A stretch of DNA of 64,000 nt, from positions 31,348 through 95,347 of the forward strand of contig CAZIFJ010000001.1 of assembly GCA_964538235.1 (NCBI GenBank). Reading direction: 5' to 3'. The DNA is from Candidatus Woesearchaeota archaeon. GTDB taxonomy: Archaea > Nanobdellota > Nanobdellia > Pacearchaeales > GW2011-AR1. How positions within the stretch are numbered: position 1 is the first letter of the stretch; each line of letters opens with the position of its first letter. Position numbers and translations under genes: made by a program. Under the pieces are notes generated by a model, which ran no database searches, was not told the origin of the DNA, and saw only the letters and a program-made list of their open reading frames with translations. Positions 47,463 through 56,793 of the stretch are shown in pieces.

Positions 47463-48314
47463 ATGGAAAATCATAAGAATATTTTGTATTCTCTTGTAGT
47501 TGTTTTATTAATTTTACAAATTATTTCTTTCACAACTCTAAGCTCTCAAGTTTCAAAACTTCATACTCAATTAGATGAAAGTAATACAGCCCAAACTCAA
47601 GCAAGAAAAGAAGTTGTTGACCAGTTCACCTCTTTGTTGGATGTTTATACAAATGAAAATAAAAAAAGTATTTTAACTTTATCTCAAACAATTACAGAGC
47701 AAAAAGATACTTTTGACGAGCAGTTAAGTTCTATTAAATCTTCACAAAATGATTTTTCAGATATTATTAAAGAATCTTTGAAGGGGGTTGTTGGTGTTAG
47801 AACAGACCGCTCAATCGCCACAGGATTTATTATCACTTCTAATGGGTATATTGTAACAAACCATCATGTAATTTCTGGAGCGAGCCAAATAGGGGTTTTA
47901 ACAAACGAGCAGAAAATTCTTCCCGCAGTTTTAGTTGGCTCCGATGCTTTTAGAGATATTGCCTTATTAAAAGTAGAAGGAAATTTTGAGGAACTTGTTT
48001 TAGCAGATTCCGATGATTTGCAAGTCGGGAGAAAAGTAATTGCAATTGGAAACCCACTAGGTTTATCTTTTAGTGTATCTGAAGGAATAATTTCGGGATT
48101 AAACAGAGCAGGTCCAAATAATTTAGAAGAGTACATTCAAGTTGATGTTCCATTAAATCCTGGAAATTCTGGAGGCCCATTAATAGATATTTCAGGACAA
48201 GTCGTAGGTATAAATAATTTCAAAGTTGGGGATTCGGAAGGGCTTGGTTTCGCGTTAGAAAGCAACTCAATAAAATTAACAATAAATAGAATTTCTAATT
48301 CTACAATTTTATAA
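47463..48314 (+). CDS. Membrane-anchored HtrA/trypsin-like serine protease without PDZ
   Basis: ATGFII, VTNHHV, DIALLK, IGNPLG, NPGNSGGPL. Confidence 0.92.
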   Translation: MENHKNILYSLVVVLLILQIISFTTLSSQVSKLHTQLDESNTAQTQARKEVVDQFTSLLDVYTNENKKSILTLSQTITEQKDTFDEQLSSIKSSQNDFSDIIKESLKGVVGVRTDRSIATGFIITSNGYIVTNHHVISGASQIGVLTNEQKILPAVLVGSDAFRDIALLKVEGNFEELVLADSDDLQVGRKVIAIGNPLGLSFSVSEGIISGLNRAGPNNLEEYIQVDVPLNPGNSGGPLIDISGQVVGINNFKVGDSEGLGFALESNSIKLTINRISNSTIL

Positions 48315-48315
48315 A

Positions 48316-48600
48316 ATGAAAATTTTAAAAAATAAATCCTCTGCAAGAATAAAAAAAAGATATTTGCTGATTGAAGGAGAAAGGAAAGATATTGAAGAAA
48401 CAATTTTAGATTACATTGGAATTTTAGGTTGGGCAAAAGCTTCACCATTTTTTTTAAATATAAAAGAAAAAAACAAAATAATTTTGGCAATAGATAGAAA
48501 AGAACTTGTAAATATCCGCGCTTCATTTGCTATTTCTAATAAACCAATTAGAATTTTAAGAGTTTCAGGAACATTAAAAGGACTAGATAGAAACCTTTAA
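48316..48600 (+). CDS. RNase P protein Pop5/Rpp14
   Basis: S.R.KKRYL, G.LG, VSGTLK. Confidence 0.85.
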   Translation: MKILKNKSSARIKKRYLLIEGERKDIEETILDYIGILGWAKASPFFLNIKEKNKIILAIDRKELVNIRASFAISNKPIRILRVSGTLKGLDRNL

Positions 48601-48624
48601 TTATTCGTTTAAACTTTTTCTAAA

Positions 48625-49119
48625 ATGAAAAAAAGAGGAGCAATTGAGATTTCTTTTGGAATGATTTTTTCAATCATCATAATCGCCTTTTTAATTTCTG
48701 TCGCAGTTTATATTATTTACACTTTTATGGGCCTGGGAAAATGCACTGAAATTGGTTTATTTTATCAAGAATTACAAAAATCAGTTGACAAAGCTTGGAG
48801 CTCTGATAAAACGCAGAAACCATTTGAAATAAAAGTTACAAAAGGAATAGAAAAAGTTTGCTTTGGAAATCTATCTTTATCTTCAAGTTCAGAATCAAAA
48901 AAAATTCAAGATGAATTAAAAAAAGAAGTTGTCAATGCAAAAAACTCAAATGTTTTTTTATATCCTACAAAAAAAGCCTGCGATTCTCAAGCAGTTCACT
49001 ACAAAATTTCTCGCTCAATAACAGACAATTTCTTTTGTGTTGACATTAATTCTGGAAAATCACAAGTTATTTTATCTAAAGAAATAACAGATTCATTGGT
49101 TAAAATAAAAAATGATTAA
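48625..49119 (+). CDS. Pilin-like protein
   Basis: KRG|AIEISFGMIFSIII. Confidence 0.8.
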   Translation: MKKRGAIEISFGMIFSIIIIAFLISVAVYIIYTFMGLGKCTEIGLFYQELQKSVDKAWSSDKTQKPFEIKVTKGIEKVCFGNLSLSSSSESKKIQDELKKEVVNAKNSNVFLYPTKKACDSQAVHYKISRSITDNFFCVDINSGKSQVILSKEITDSLVKIKND

Positions 49120-50047
49120 AAATAAAAAAGCTCTTGAATTTAGTTTTGCCTGGATGTTTTCTTTAATTGTTGGTGCAGCGATTTTGTTTTTTGCTATATT
49201 TTTTTCTTCTTCCTTAATAAAAAACGAAAGAACTATTTATGATTCTCAATCAGCAAAGGAATTTGGAATTTTATTGAATCCAATTGAAACTGGAATTGAA
49301 TCTGGATATTCTACAAAGATATCTTTTCCACAAGAGTCAAGAATTTTTAATGACTGCGATTCTTTTGGAGCTTTCGGAAAACAAAAAATCTCAGTTTCAA
49401 CAAAATCTGGATTTGGTGAAAAATGGCAGGAGCAAGGAGTTCCAAGCTTTTTTTCTAATAAATATTTATTTTCTGAAAAATATTCAGAAGGAAAGGATTT
49501 TTTTGTTTTTTCAAAATCGTTTGAGTTTCCATTTAAGGTAGCAGACGCGATTTTTCTTTTAACTGACAAGGAAAAATATTGTTTTATAAATTCTCCGACA
49601 GAAATATCTGAAGAATTAAATTCTTTAAATATAAAAAATATTGAAGCAAAATCTTCAATTTCTGAGTGTTCAAAAAACTCAAAAAAAGTTTGTTTTGCTA
49701 GTTCAGGCTGCGAGGTTGATGTTTCTATAAATTCAAAAAGCGTTTCAAAAAAAGGAAAAATAGTTTATTATGAAGATTCTTTAATTTACGGAGCGATTTT
49801 TTCAAGCCCTGAAATTTACGAATGTCAAGTAAAAAGATTATTATCCAGAGCTTCTCAGCTTTCAGATTTGTATCTTGAAAAATCTAAATTGCTTGCTTCA
49901 AAAGGTTGCAATTCAAATCTTGAGCCAGAATTGATTGCTTTTTCAAATTCAACAAAAATAAAAAATTCTAATGAGCTTAGAAAATTAGTTCTTTTATCAG
50001 ATGCTCTTAAAAGGAGGAATGATGATGTTTCTTGTCAAATATTCTAA
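49112..50047 (+). CDS. Pilin-like protein
   Basis: KKA|LEFSFAWMFSLIVG. Confidence 0.8.
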   Translation: MIKNKKALEFSFAWMFSLIVGAAILFFAIFFSSSLIKNERTIYDSQSAKEFGILLNPIETGIESGYSTKISFPQESRIFNDCDSFGAFGKQKISVSTKSGFGEKWQEQGVPSFFSNKYLFSEKYSEGKDFFVFSKSFEFPFKVADAIFLLTDKEKYCFINSPTEISEELNSLNIKNIEAKSSISECSKNSKKVCFASSGCEVDVSINSKSVSKKGKIVYYEDSLIYGAIFSSPEIYECQVKRLLSRASQLSDLYLEKSKLLASKGCNSNLEPELIAFSNSTKIKNSNELRKLVLLSDALKRRNDDVSCQIF

Positions 50048-50534
50048 AGCCCAGATAAAAATTCAAGAGATGGCTTTCGTTTTAATTGCAATAATGGTTT
50101 TTTTCGCAATAGTATTTTTATTTTTTCTTTCTATAAGATTCAAGCAAGTTGAAGACTCTGTTTTATCTCAAAGACAGGACGAAGCTCAAGAAATAGTCAG
50201 AAAAATTGCCTCAACACCAGAGTTTAATTTAAAAAAATCTTCTTGCTCTGTTTGTTTGGATCTAGATAAAATTATAGCTTTGAAAGATAAAAAAACTTAT
50301 CAAGAATTCTGGAATCTTAATTATTTAGCAATAGAAAAAATATATCCAGTTTCAGAAGGAGAATGCACGAAAATTAGTTATCCTGACTGCAAAACAATCA
50401 CTTTAGTTAATTCAACTAAAAACATCGGTTCTTTGAAATCTTCCTTTGTTGCTTTATGTTATTTAGACACGTCTGAATTTTATCACAAATGCGAATTGGG
50501 AAAAATTTATGCTTCAGGGAGAGGTTTAGAATGA
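50025..50534 (+). CDS. Pilin-like protein
   Basis: KA|QIKIQEMAFVLIA; GGAGG upstream; start could also be 50019 or 50022. Confidence 0.78.
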   Translation: MFLVKYSKAQIKIQEMAFVLIAIMVFFAIVFLFFLSIRFKQVEDSVLSQRQDEAQEIVRKIASTPEFNLKKSSCSVCLDLDKIIALKDKKTYQEFWNLNYLAIEKIYPVSEGECTKISYPDCKTITLVNSTKNIGSLKSSFVALCYLDTSEFYHKCELGKIYASGRGLE

Positions 50535-51016
50535 AAAAAAGAGGACAGGAGGAAATCGTAGGGTTTGTTTTGATTTTCGTAATTATTGCTGTTGTTTTTG
50601 TTATTTTTCTTAGTTTGTCTATTAGAAAACCCGAATCTGTTAATAAGCAGAATTCAAAAGACATTTTGCAATTTTTAGAGAGTTCTTTGGTTTATACAAC
50701 CAATTGTCAATTAAACGCTGAATATCTATCAATTCAAAATTTAATTGCTCAATGCGTTGAGAGTTCCCAAGAGTGCTCCTCAGGAAAAACCTCTTGTGAG
50801 GTTTTAAAAGAATCCTTAAATTCGTTAATAGAATCTTCTTTTAAAATGGGGGAAGATAGGCCAATTAAGGGCTATATTTATGAAGTCTATCAAAAAAATA
50901 ATCTTTCTTCACAATCAATTCTAAACATAACAAAAGGCGGCTGTTCAAAAGAACTTTACGGCTCAACTTATCCTATTCCAAATGGTCTAAAAACCTCTTT
51001 AACACTTTGCTATTAA
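50531..51016 (+). CDS. Pilin-like protein
   Basis: MKKRG|QEEIVGFVLI; ATGA overlap with the previous gene. Confidence 0.8.
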   Translation: MKKRGQEEIVGFVLIFVIIAVVFVIFLSLSIRKPESVNKQNSKDILQFLESSLVYTTNCQLNAEYLSIQNLIAQCVESSQECSSGKTSCEVLKESLNSLIESSFKMGEDRPIKGYIYEVYQKNNLSSQSILNITKGGCSKELYGSTYPIPNGLKTSLTLCY

Positions 51017-51140
51017 GCCACAAAACCTATTGTTTTGTGACCACCGAGAAAACTTCAAATCTTATAGAGTTGAATGTATCAGAGATTTTAATCTCTGAGT
51101 CCGCGACATATAAAGCACAGAGCAAAGTCCGCGGATTTAA
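51017..51140. repeat. Cluster of short hairpins between convergent genes
   Basis: CACAAAAC/GTTTTGTG, TTCAA/TTGAA, TCAGAGATT/AATCTCTGA; AGTCCGCG occurs twice. Confidence 0.55.
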
Positions 51141-51146
51141 CGAGTG

Positions 51147-51506
51147 TTAAATTTTAAGAGAGATATTTAGTTTATCAACATTTAAAATCGGCTTTATTGA
51201 ATCTCTTTTGCCTTTTTTTTCAGAAATTAAATCTAATAATTCAAAATTTTCTAAAGTTTTTACATCAGTTATAACTGCTTTGAAATCTCTTTCCAAAATC
51301 TTGGCTAATTGATATATTGATTTAGGTTTTTGGTATTTTATTGCATGTAATATCCTAATTTTTTCATTGCTTAACATGTTCCTTGCCTTTTCTAATCCAG
51401 AAAAATCATAATCATTCTTTTTCATAGAGCTCTTTCTAAAGAAGGGAGTAAATTTGCTAATTTTTTCTTCAATATCTATCTCAAAAATTTTTACTTTTTT
51501 AGCCAT
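51147..51506 (-). CDS. Predicted HTH transcriptional regulator
   Basis: LSNEKIRIL..IK...PKSIYQLAKILERDFKAV..DV..LE. Confidence 0.85.
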   Translation of the reverse strand: MAKKVKIFEIDIEEKISKFTPFFRKSSMKKNDYDFSGLEKARNMLSNEKIRILHAIKYQKPKSIYQLAKILERDFKAVITDVKTLENFELLDLISEKKGKRDSIKPILNVDKLNISLKI

Positions 51507-51571
51507 ACGACGTTATTTTCTAATTTTTTATTATAATTTATAATAAAAATAAGTATATATATGTTTCTATT

Positions 51572-51604
51572 TAACATATATGTTATTTTATAACATATAT
51601 TACA
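51572..51604. promoter_or_regulatory. Palindromic operator-like site TAACATATATGTTA plus a degenerate second copy
   Basis: Perfect 14-bp palindrome 51572-51585 and TAACATATAT at 51591, between the HTH gene and the S-layer gene. Confidence 0.5.
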
Positions 51605-51757
51605 AAAAATGTAGATAAATAGTTCTCTTATTTATTAAAAAATTTTTAAATAGTAACATAAGATTTATAAACAAACATAATAGTTTAAGGTTTATTACTA
51701 CAATTTAATTAATTTTAAGCGAAAGCTTTTTAAAGCGTTTTTCATATGTTTAATTAT

Positions 51758-51875
51758 CTCTTTATGTAGAGTAAGCATGGTATGAGAATACCATCTTGGC
51801 GGGCTTCAATGCCTCCTCAAAGAGGGATCTTATGATTGCCAATCTTACAAAGCTGAAAGGGGGTTGAAAAAAAGA
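51758..51875 (+). promoter_or_regulatory. Structured 5' UTR of the S-layer gene
   Basis: TTTTAAA box near 51728; nested stems GTAAG/CTTAC, ATGGTAT/ATACCAT, TTGGC/GCCAA, CCTC/GAGG; AGGGGG SD-like. Confidence 0.6.
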
Positions 51876-54515
51876 ATGAATTTTAATTTTAGAAAAATCG
51901 TATCTGCTTTAACAAGCACTGCATTAATCGGCTCGACAGTTGCATTGGCAGCTGCAGCAAACGTACCAGCACCCTTCGTTAAGGGTGGCGCTGCTGACGT
52001 TGCTGTTGTCTATGGCTCAACCGCAGCTTCATCCGACTTTGTGGCAGTAGCTGATATTCAAAGCTACCTACAAGCAGAACTTGCTAAACAGACAGCGACA
52101 GGAAGTACAAGTAGCTCGGGTGCTACTGCAACAGGAGGAGATTTTATTAATCTTGCAACAACAAGCCAAAAATTATTTATGAATAGTAGCTTGAATGCTG
52201 CTAGAACAGTTCTTACAAGTTCAGAATTACCTACGCTATTAGCCGACGGTACTGCAACTGATCTTACAGGAACTTCTTATAAGTACACTCAAAAAATAAC
52301 TACTCCTGCAACAGCAATCGCATTTAGTAAAAGTGGAGAAAGCATTGATCCTACTCCTATTTTAGATGTAGGAACAACAGGGCAAACAACACCCGTCCTT
52401 AACTATACATTTACTTTAGTAAAAAACATTAATGTATCAGATACAACAAATGTCATTGGAACATCAACATTTAAGATTCTTGGTCAAGACTTCATTGTAG
52501 GAGCTAGTTCTACAGCAACGAATCTTTATCTATATGGAAGTGGTCAAAAACTTAATATTGATGAAGGAGTTGAAACAGAGTTTACATATAATGATACAGA
52601 ACATAAAGTTCTATTTAGAGGTGCAACATCATCAACAGCAGGAACAATTGTAGTTGATGGGGTTTCAAAATCCGTTACAAAGGGATCAAGTTATAAATTT
52701 CCTGGGGAGTATGAAATATATATAAAAGATATTTATTATACCACAAAAACAGGAACATTATCAAACATTGATTTACTTGTTGGTGCGAAATCACTTCATA
52801 TAACAAATGCTTCAGCAGTTAGACAAGGAGCAGATGATACAAGTCTTACAGGAACGTATGGTCTTATCTATTCTGGATCAGACACTACTGCTTTAAGCTC
52901 ATTTACAATAACACAGTCATATAAAGACGCAACTGGAGACTATGTTAAAGTTGGAGATTCTTTTGTTGATAGAGTGTTTGGAGGAGCTCTTAAAGTTCAA
53001 TTTGGAGGTTTATCACCAGCTTTAGACGATGCATCAAGAGACATTGTTAAAGTTGATACTGATAATAACATAGGTGCGAGAGTTGCTTTCACACCAGATG
53101 TTAATTCCGCAAAGGGTCCTTACACATTTACTTTTGCGCAAGATGGTGATCGTTCATCAGATAGCGCACTAACAAGAGTAATTCTTGCTGACTCTAATAA
53201 CTACACTATTCACGTTCAAGAAGGTGAGGCTATTAATATCAGTGAGAAAGTAATTATTAATGCTGGAGACAAAGGAAGAATCTTACGTCTTGACTCTATT
53301 GGCGACCAAACTTCAACAACTTCAAAAACAACTTTCCAAGATGTTATTTCTGGAGAAAGTTTTGAGTTTTCAACAGGAATTGCTAACACAAGTTCAAGAA
53401 CAATTGATGGACAGACTTACTATGCTCAAACAAGTGGCTCAACAAGTGGTTCTGTTAATATCACTTGGGGAGCAGGAGCTGCAGCAGGTAATCCAGGAAC
53501 ACAAAAAACACTTTTCCCACGTATTAAGCTGAAAAATGGACAATGGCTATCAATTTTAACAAGTACATTAGTAGAGAACCTTACTACTTATTCGTTGCCA
53601 GGAGTTGATTCCTTAACAACATATGAATCAGGAAGTAGGTTGACTATTGGTAACCTTAATGCATCCATTATAACAAATTCTACAACTATTGGGAAATTGG
53701 TTTACAATTATACACAAGTAAATGGTACTTCACCTAATGGTAATAATATGAATGGTACTTTAAACGCATTATCATTCGGAGGTACAAATTGTAACTTCAA
53801 CGTTACACTTGGACCAGCTATTCTTCTTCAAGAAGAAAAGACTATAACAGGAAGCGCTTCAACAAATGGAGAGTATATTTGTATTCCTCTTTCAACAGAG
53901 GGAACAAGTACAGTACAACCAGCTATTGGAACTCCATTATGGTCTGATGGTACAAATCTGAATTCAAGAGCACTTACATCTTCAAATACTAAATCTCAAG
54001 CAGTTGACGTATTCGGAACATTACTTGAGAGAGATACAGCAAGTAATAATGAAGTTACTATAAAGTATCCTCAAGATCAGATGTATGCTGATGTATTATT
54101 TACCGCTACTGGAGCAGTAGTTGAGGGAGGAAGTTCCTCATCTGGAACAGTCGTAGAACTTGGAAGCGTTAGCGTTTCTGATTCTGAGGCATCCTCAGTT
54201 TCTACTAAGAACTTAATTATTGTTGGTGGAAGTTGTGTAAACACTGTTGCTGCTGAATTACTTGGCGGAGCAGGTTGCGGAGCAAGCTTTACTGAAGCAA
54301 GCGGAGTAGGAGACAACGAATTCCTTATCGAGACTTTCTCAAGAACCGGAGGAAAAGTTGCTACACTAGTCGCTGGCTTTAATGCTGCTGATACAACTAA
54401 TGCTGCTAAATACTTCATGAAACAGCCTGTTGATACAATGGTTGGAAAGAAATACAAGGGAACAAGCGCAACAAGCGCAGAACTTGTAACTACAACTACT
54501 AATTCGACAGCTTAA
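51876..54515 (+). CDS. S-layer protein
   Basis: RKI.S...A signal, P.PFV.GG.ADVAVVYG..A..SD; C-terminal NLIIVGGSCVNTVAAELL...LVAGF.A.DT; Thr/Ser-rich, many NxS/T sites. Confidence 0.9.
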   Translation: MNFNFRKIVSALTSTALIGSTVALAAAANVPAPFVKGGAADVAVVYGSTAASSDFVAVADIQSYLQAELAKQTATGSTSSSGATATGGDFINLATTSQKLFMNSSLNAARTVLTSSELPTLLADGTATDLTGTSYKYTQKITTPATAIAFSKSGESIDPTPILDVGTTGQTTPVLNYTFTLVKNINVSDTTNVIGTSTFKILGQDFIVGASSTATNLYLYGSGQKLNIDEGVETEFTYNDTEHKVLFRGATSSTAGTIVVDGVSKSVTKGSSYKFPGEYEIYIKDIYYTTKTGTLSNIDLLVGAKSLHITNASAVRQGADDTSLTGTYGLIYSGSDTTALSSFTITQSYKDATGDYVKVGDSFVDRVFGGALKVQFGGLSPALDDASRDIVKVDTDNNIGARVAFTPDVNSAKGPYTFTFAQDGDRSSDSALTRVILADSNNYTIHVQEGEAINISEKVIINAGDKGRILRLDSIGDQTSTTSKTTFQDVISGESFEFSTGIANTSSRTIDGQTYYAQTSGSTSGSVNITWGAGAAAGNPGTQKTLFPRIKLKNGQWLSILTSTLVENLTTYSLPGVDSLTTYESGSRLTIGNLNASIITNSTTIGKLVYNYTQVNGTSPNGNNMNGTLNALSFGGTNCNFNVTLGPAILLQEEKTITGSASTNGEYICIPLSTEGTSTVQPAIGTPLWSDGTNLNSRALTSSNTKSQAVDVFGTLLERDTASNNEVTIKYPQDQMYADVLFTATGAVVEGGSSSSGTVVELGSVSVSDSEASSVSTKNLIIVGGSCVNTVAAELLGGAGCGASFTEASGVGDNEFLIETFSRTGGKVATLVAGFNAADTTNAAKYFMKQPVDTMVGKKYKGTSATSAELVTTTTNSTA

Positions 54516-54575
54516 AAAAACAAGGGAATAATTTTATTTTTTCTTTTTCCCTTATTTTATTTTTTCTTTTTGTAA
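54516..54575 (+). terminator. Oligo-T tract terminator after the S-layer gene
   Basis: Multiple T4-T6 runs directly after the stop codon. Confidence 0.5.
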
Positions 54576-54651
54576 TAAAAAATTGTGTATGAAAACGCGC
54601 CCAAAAAACTCTAATTCTATAAATTTTTAAATCATCAATTTCTTTTATATT

Positions 54652-55197
54652 ATGAAAAAACTTATGTCTCAGGAAGAAATTGAAAAAAAACAAAAACGTT
54701 TGACTTCAATATCAAGTATAGTTTTACTTTTAATTTTAGTTATTAGCACAATAGGTTTTGCATTCATTTCAAATCCATTTATATCTAATGAAAAAGAAAT
54801 TCCAGAAAAAAAAGTTTATGAAAACAATGGCTTTTGGTCTTTCAAATTCGGAAATCAAGAAATTTCTTTAATCTCTTCTCCAGAATCACTTTCAGATATT
54901 CAATTAAATTTTTCCTTAACTTTAAATGATTATTACAATCAGCCATTATACATTGATTCGTCAGACGAATTAATAACAAGAGAAATTGGTTCATCTTTAG
55001 GTTTATACACAACAAGAGCTCAAGAAGCCTGTTTTGGAGAATGTGAAAGAAACCTCCCAGAAAAAAATTGCTCATCTAATTTAATCATCTTCAAAGATAA
55101 AAATCAAAGTTTAGTTTATCAACAAGATAAATGTATTTTTATTGAAGGAGACATAAAATCCACTGACGCATTTTTATACAGATTATTTGGAATATAG
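54652..55197 (+). CDS. Membrane-anchored hypothetical protein
   Basis: N-terminal TM; AC...C...LPEKNC...CIFI.G...DAFLY..FGI. Confidence 0.7.
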   Translation: MKKLMSQEEIEKKQKRLTSISSIVLLLILVISTIGFAFISNPFISNEKEIPEKKVYENNGFWSFKFGNQEISLISSPESLSDIQLNFSLTLNDYYNQPLYIDSSDELITREIGSSLGLYTTRAQEACFGECERNLPEKNCSSNLIIFKDKNQSLVYQQDKCIFIEGDIKSTDAFLYRLFGI

Positions 55198-55331
55198 TCA
55201 ACCAATTAAATTCTTTGGCTAGTTGACTACTTCAAAAACCTTCTCGTAGTAGGTTTTTGAGGCTCTCAAGAACCGTGGTTCTTGACGTTAGCGGACCAAA
55301 AACAGCTGAAAGATTTATTTGGTCTGCTATA
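55190..55331 (+). repeat. Four-hairpin element, family 2 copy 2
   Basis: Matches 42234-42389 with compensatory changes; its start supplies the TAG stop of the upstream gene. Confidence 0.88.
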
Positions 55332-55439
55332 CAATAATTATCTTTACGTTCACGCGCTTTTCAAAAAACTAATAATGTCATCGAAGAAAAATATTTTCCT
55401 AAATAGAAATATTTAAAAGATAAAGCTCCATTTTTTAAT

Positions 55440-56132
55440 ATGATAAAAAAGAAAATCACTAAAAAAAACCCAGAAGAAAAAAAAGAAATTTCAATAAATT
55501 CAAAATCACAAGATAAAGAATTAAAAATAATTATAATTTCAATGATTGGATTAATTGCAATTTTCCTTTTAACAGCATGGTTTTTTGACAGCTTGAAAGA
55601 TTTTGAATATCAAGGATTAAAATTCACGAAAGAAAGATTCGGAGAAATTCCAGTTTTTCATTACACTTATTCTTATAAAAATTTAGAAGGAAGTTTAATA
55701 AAATACAATTTATATTTAAGAAAAGACCCAAGAAAAAACAATGTTCCAGTTGAAGGAGAAATTGTCTTTCCTATTGGAGGATATGTTTATATGACTATAA
55801 ATTCAACAGGATTATTGCAATGCGAAAACGCTTTAAGAGATTATGCGGGCTTAGCTTCTTTCTTATCAGATAATTCTCTTCCTATAAAAAGCGCAACAGT
55901 AGACAAAGCAGAAGCTGAAGCAAACAATCAAGATTTCGCAGACTGCTCAACATATCCTGAAAATGTAGTTATATTAACAAGCGCAGGCAGCGAAACAAAA
56001 ATACTAAAAGAAAATATGTGTTATAAAATCACAATAAACAATTGCGAATTTTTAGATGCAATGGAAAAATTCAAAGTCCAAGCAGCAATTGACGCAAGAG
56101 CCCGCGCGAGACAAAGCTCTTTTCCTAAATAA
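55440..56132 (+). CDS. Membrane-anchored hypothetical protein
   Basis: N-terminal TM, F.YQGL.F, LRKDPR, spaced Cys residues. Confidence 0.7.
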   Translation: MIKKKITKKNPEEKKEISINSKSQDKELKIIIISMIGLIAIFLLTAWFFDSLKDFEYQGLKFTKERFGEIPVFHYTYSYKNLEGSLIKYNLYLRKDPRKNNVPVEGEIVFPIGGYVYMTINSTGLLQCENALRDYAGLASFLSDNSLPIKSATVDKAEAEANNQDFADCSTYPENVVILTSAGSETKILKENMCYKITINNCEFLDAMEKFKVQAAIDARARARQSSFPK

Positions 56133-56167
56133 GCAAAATTTAAAAAATCAATTTCAGTTACTATTAA

Positions 56168-56791
56168 ATGAATTCTCTAAGTCAAATTTTTAGCGCAATA
56201 ATTCATTTGGATTCTTATTTAACTTCAATAGTTCAGCAATACGGAATTTGGACTTATCCTATTTTATTTGTAATTATTTTTCTAGAAACAGGTTTAGTAA
56301 TAACCCCTTTTCTTCCAGGCGATTCTTTGCTTTTTGCAGCCGGAGCCATTTCAGCGATAGGAAATCTAAATGTTTTTTTATTGTTAATTTTACTTATTTT
56401 TGCCGCGATAATAGGAGACACAATTAATTATTGGATTGGTTTTCATATAGGTAAAAAAGTTTTTATTGAAAGAAAATTAATTAATATAAAATATTTACAA
56501 AGAGCAGAAATTTTCTATGAAAGAAACGGCGCCAAAACAATTTTCCTCGCTCGTTTTATTCCATTTATAAGAACCTTTGCACCTTTTGTCGCAGGCATAG
56601 GAAAAATGCGCTATTCAATATTTTTATTTTATAATATATCTGGTGCAATTATTTGGGTTGCTCTTTTTGTTTTGTCAGGATACTTTTTAGGAAATGTTTC
56701 AATAGTTAAAGAAAATTTCTCAATTTTAATTATTATCATAATTTTCTTTTCTTTAATCCCTTTACTAATTGAATTCTTTAAGAAAAAATAA
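56168..56791 (+). CDS. dedA: DedA family membrane protein
   Basis: IFLETGLVITPFLPGDSLLFAAG, GDTINYWIG, ARFIPFIRTFAPFVAG. Confidence 0.95.
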   Translation: MNSLSQIFSAIIHLDSYLTSIVQQYGIWTYPILFVIIFLETGLVITPFLPGDSLLFAAGAISAIGNLNVFLLLILLIFAAIIGDTINYWIGFHIGKKVFIERKLINIKYLQRAEIFYERNGAKTIFLARFIPFIRTFAPFVAGIGKMRYSIFLFYNISGAIIWVALFVLSGYFLGNVSIVKENFSILIIIIIFFSLIPLLIEFFKKK

Positions 56792-56793
56792 TT

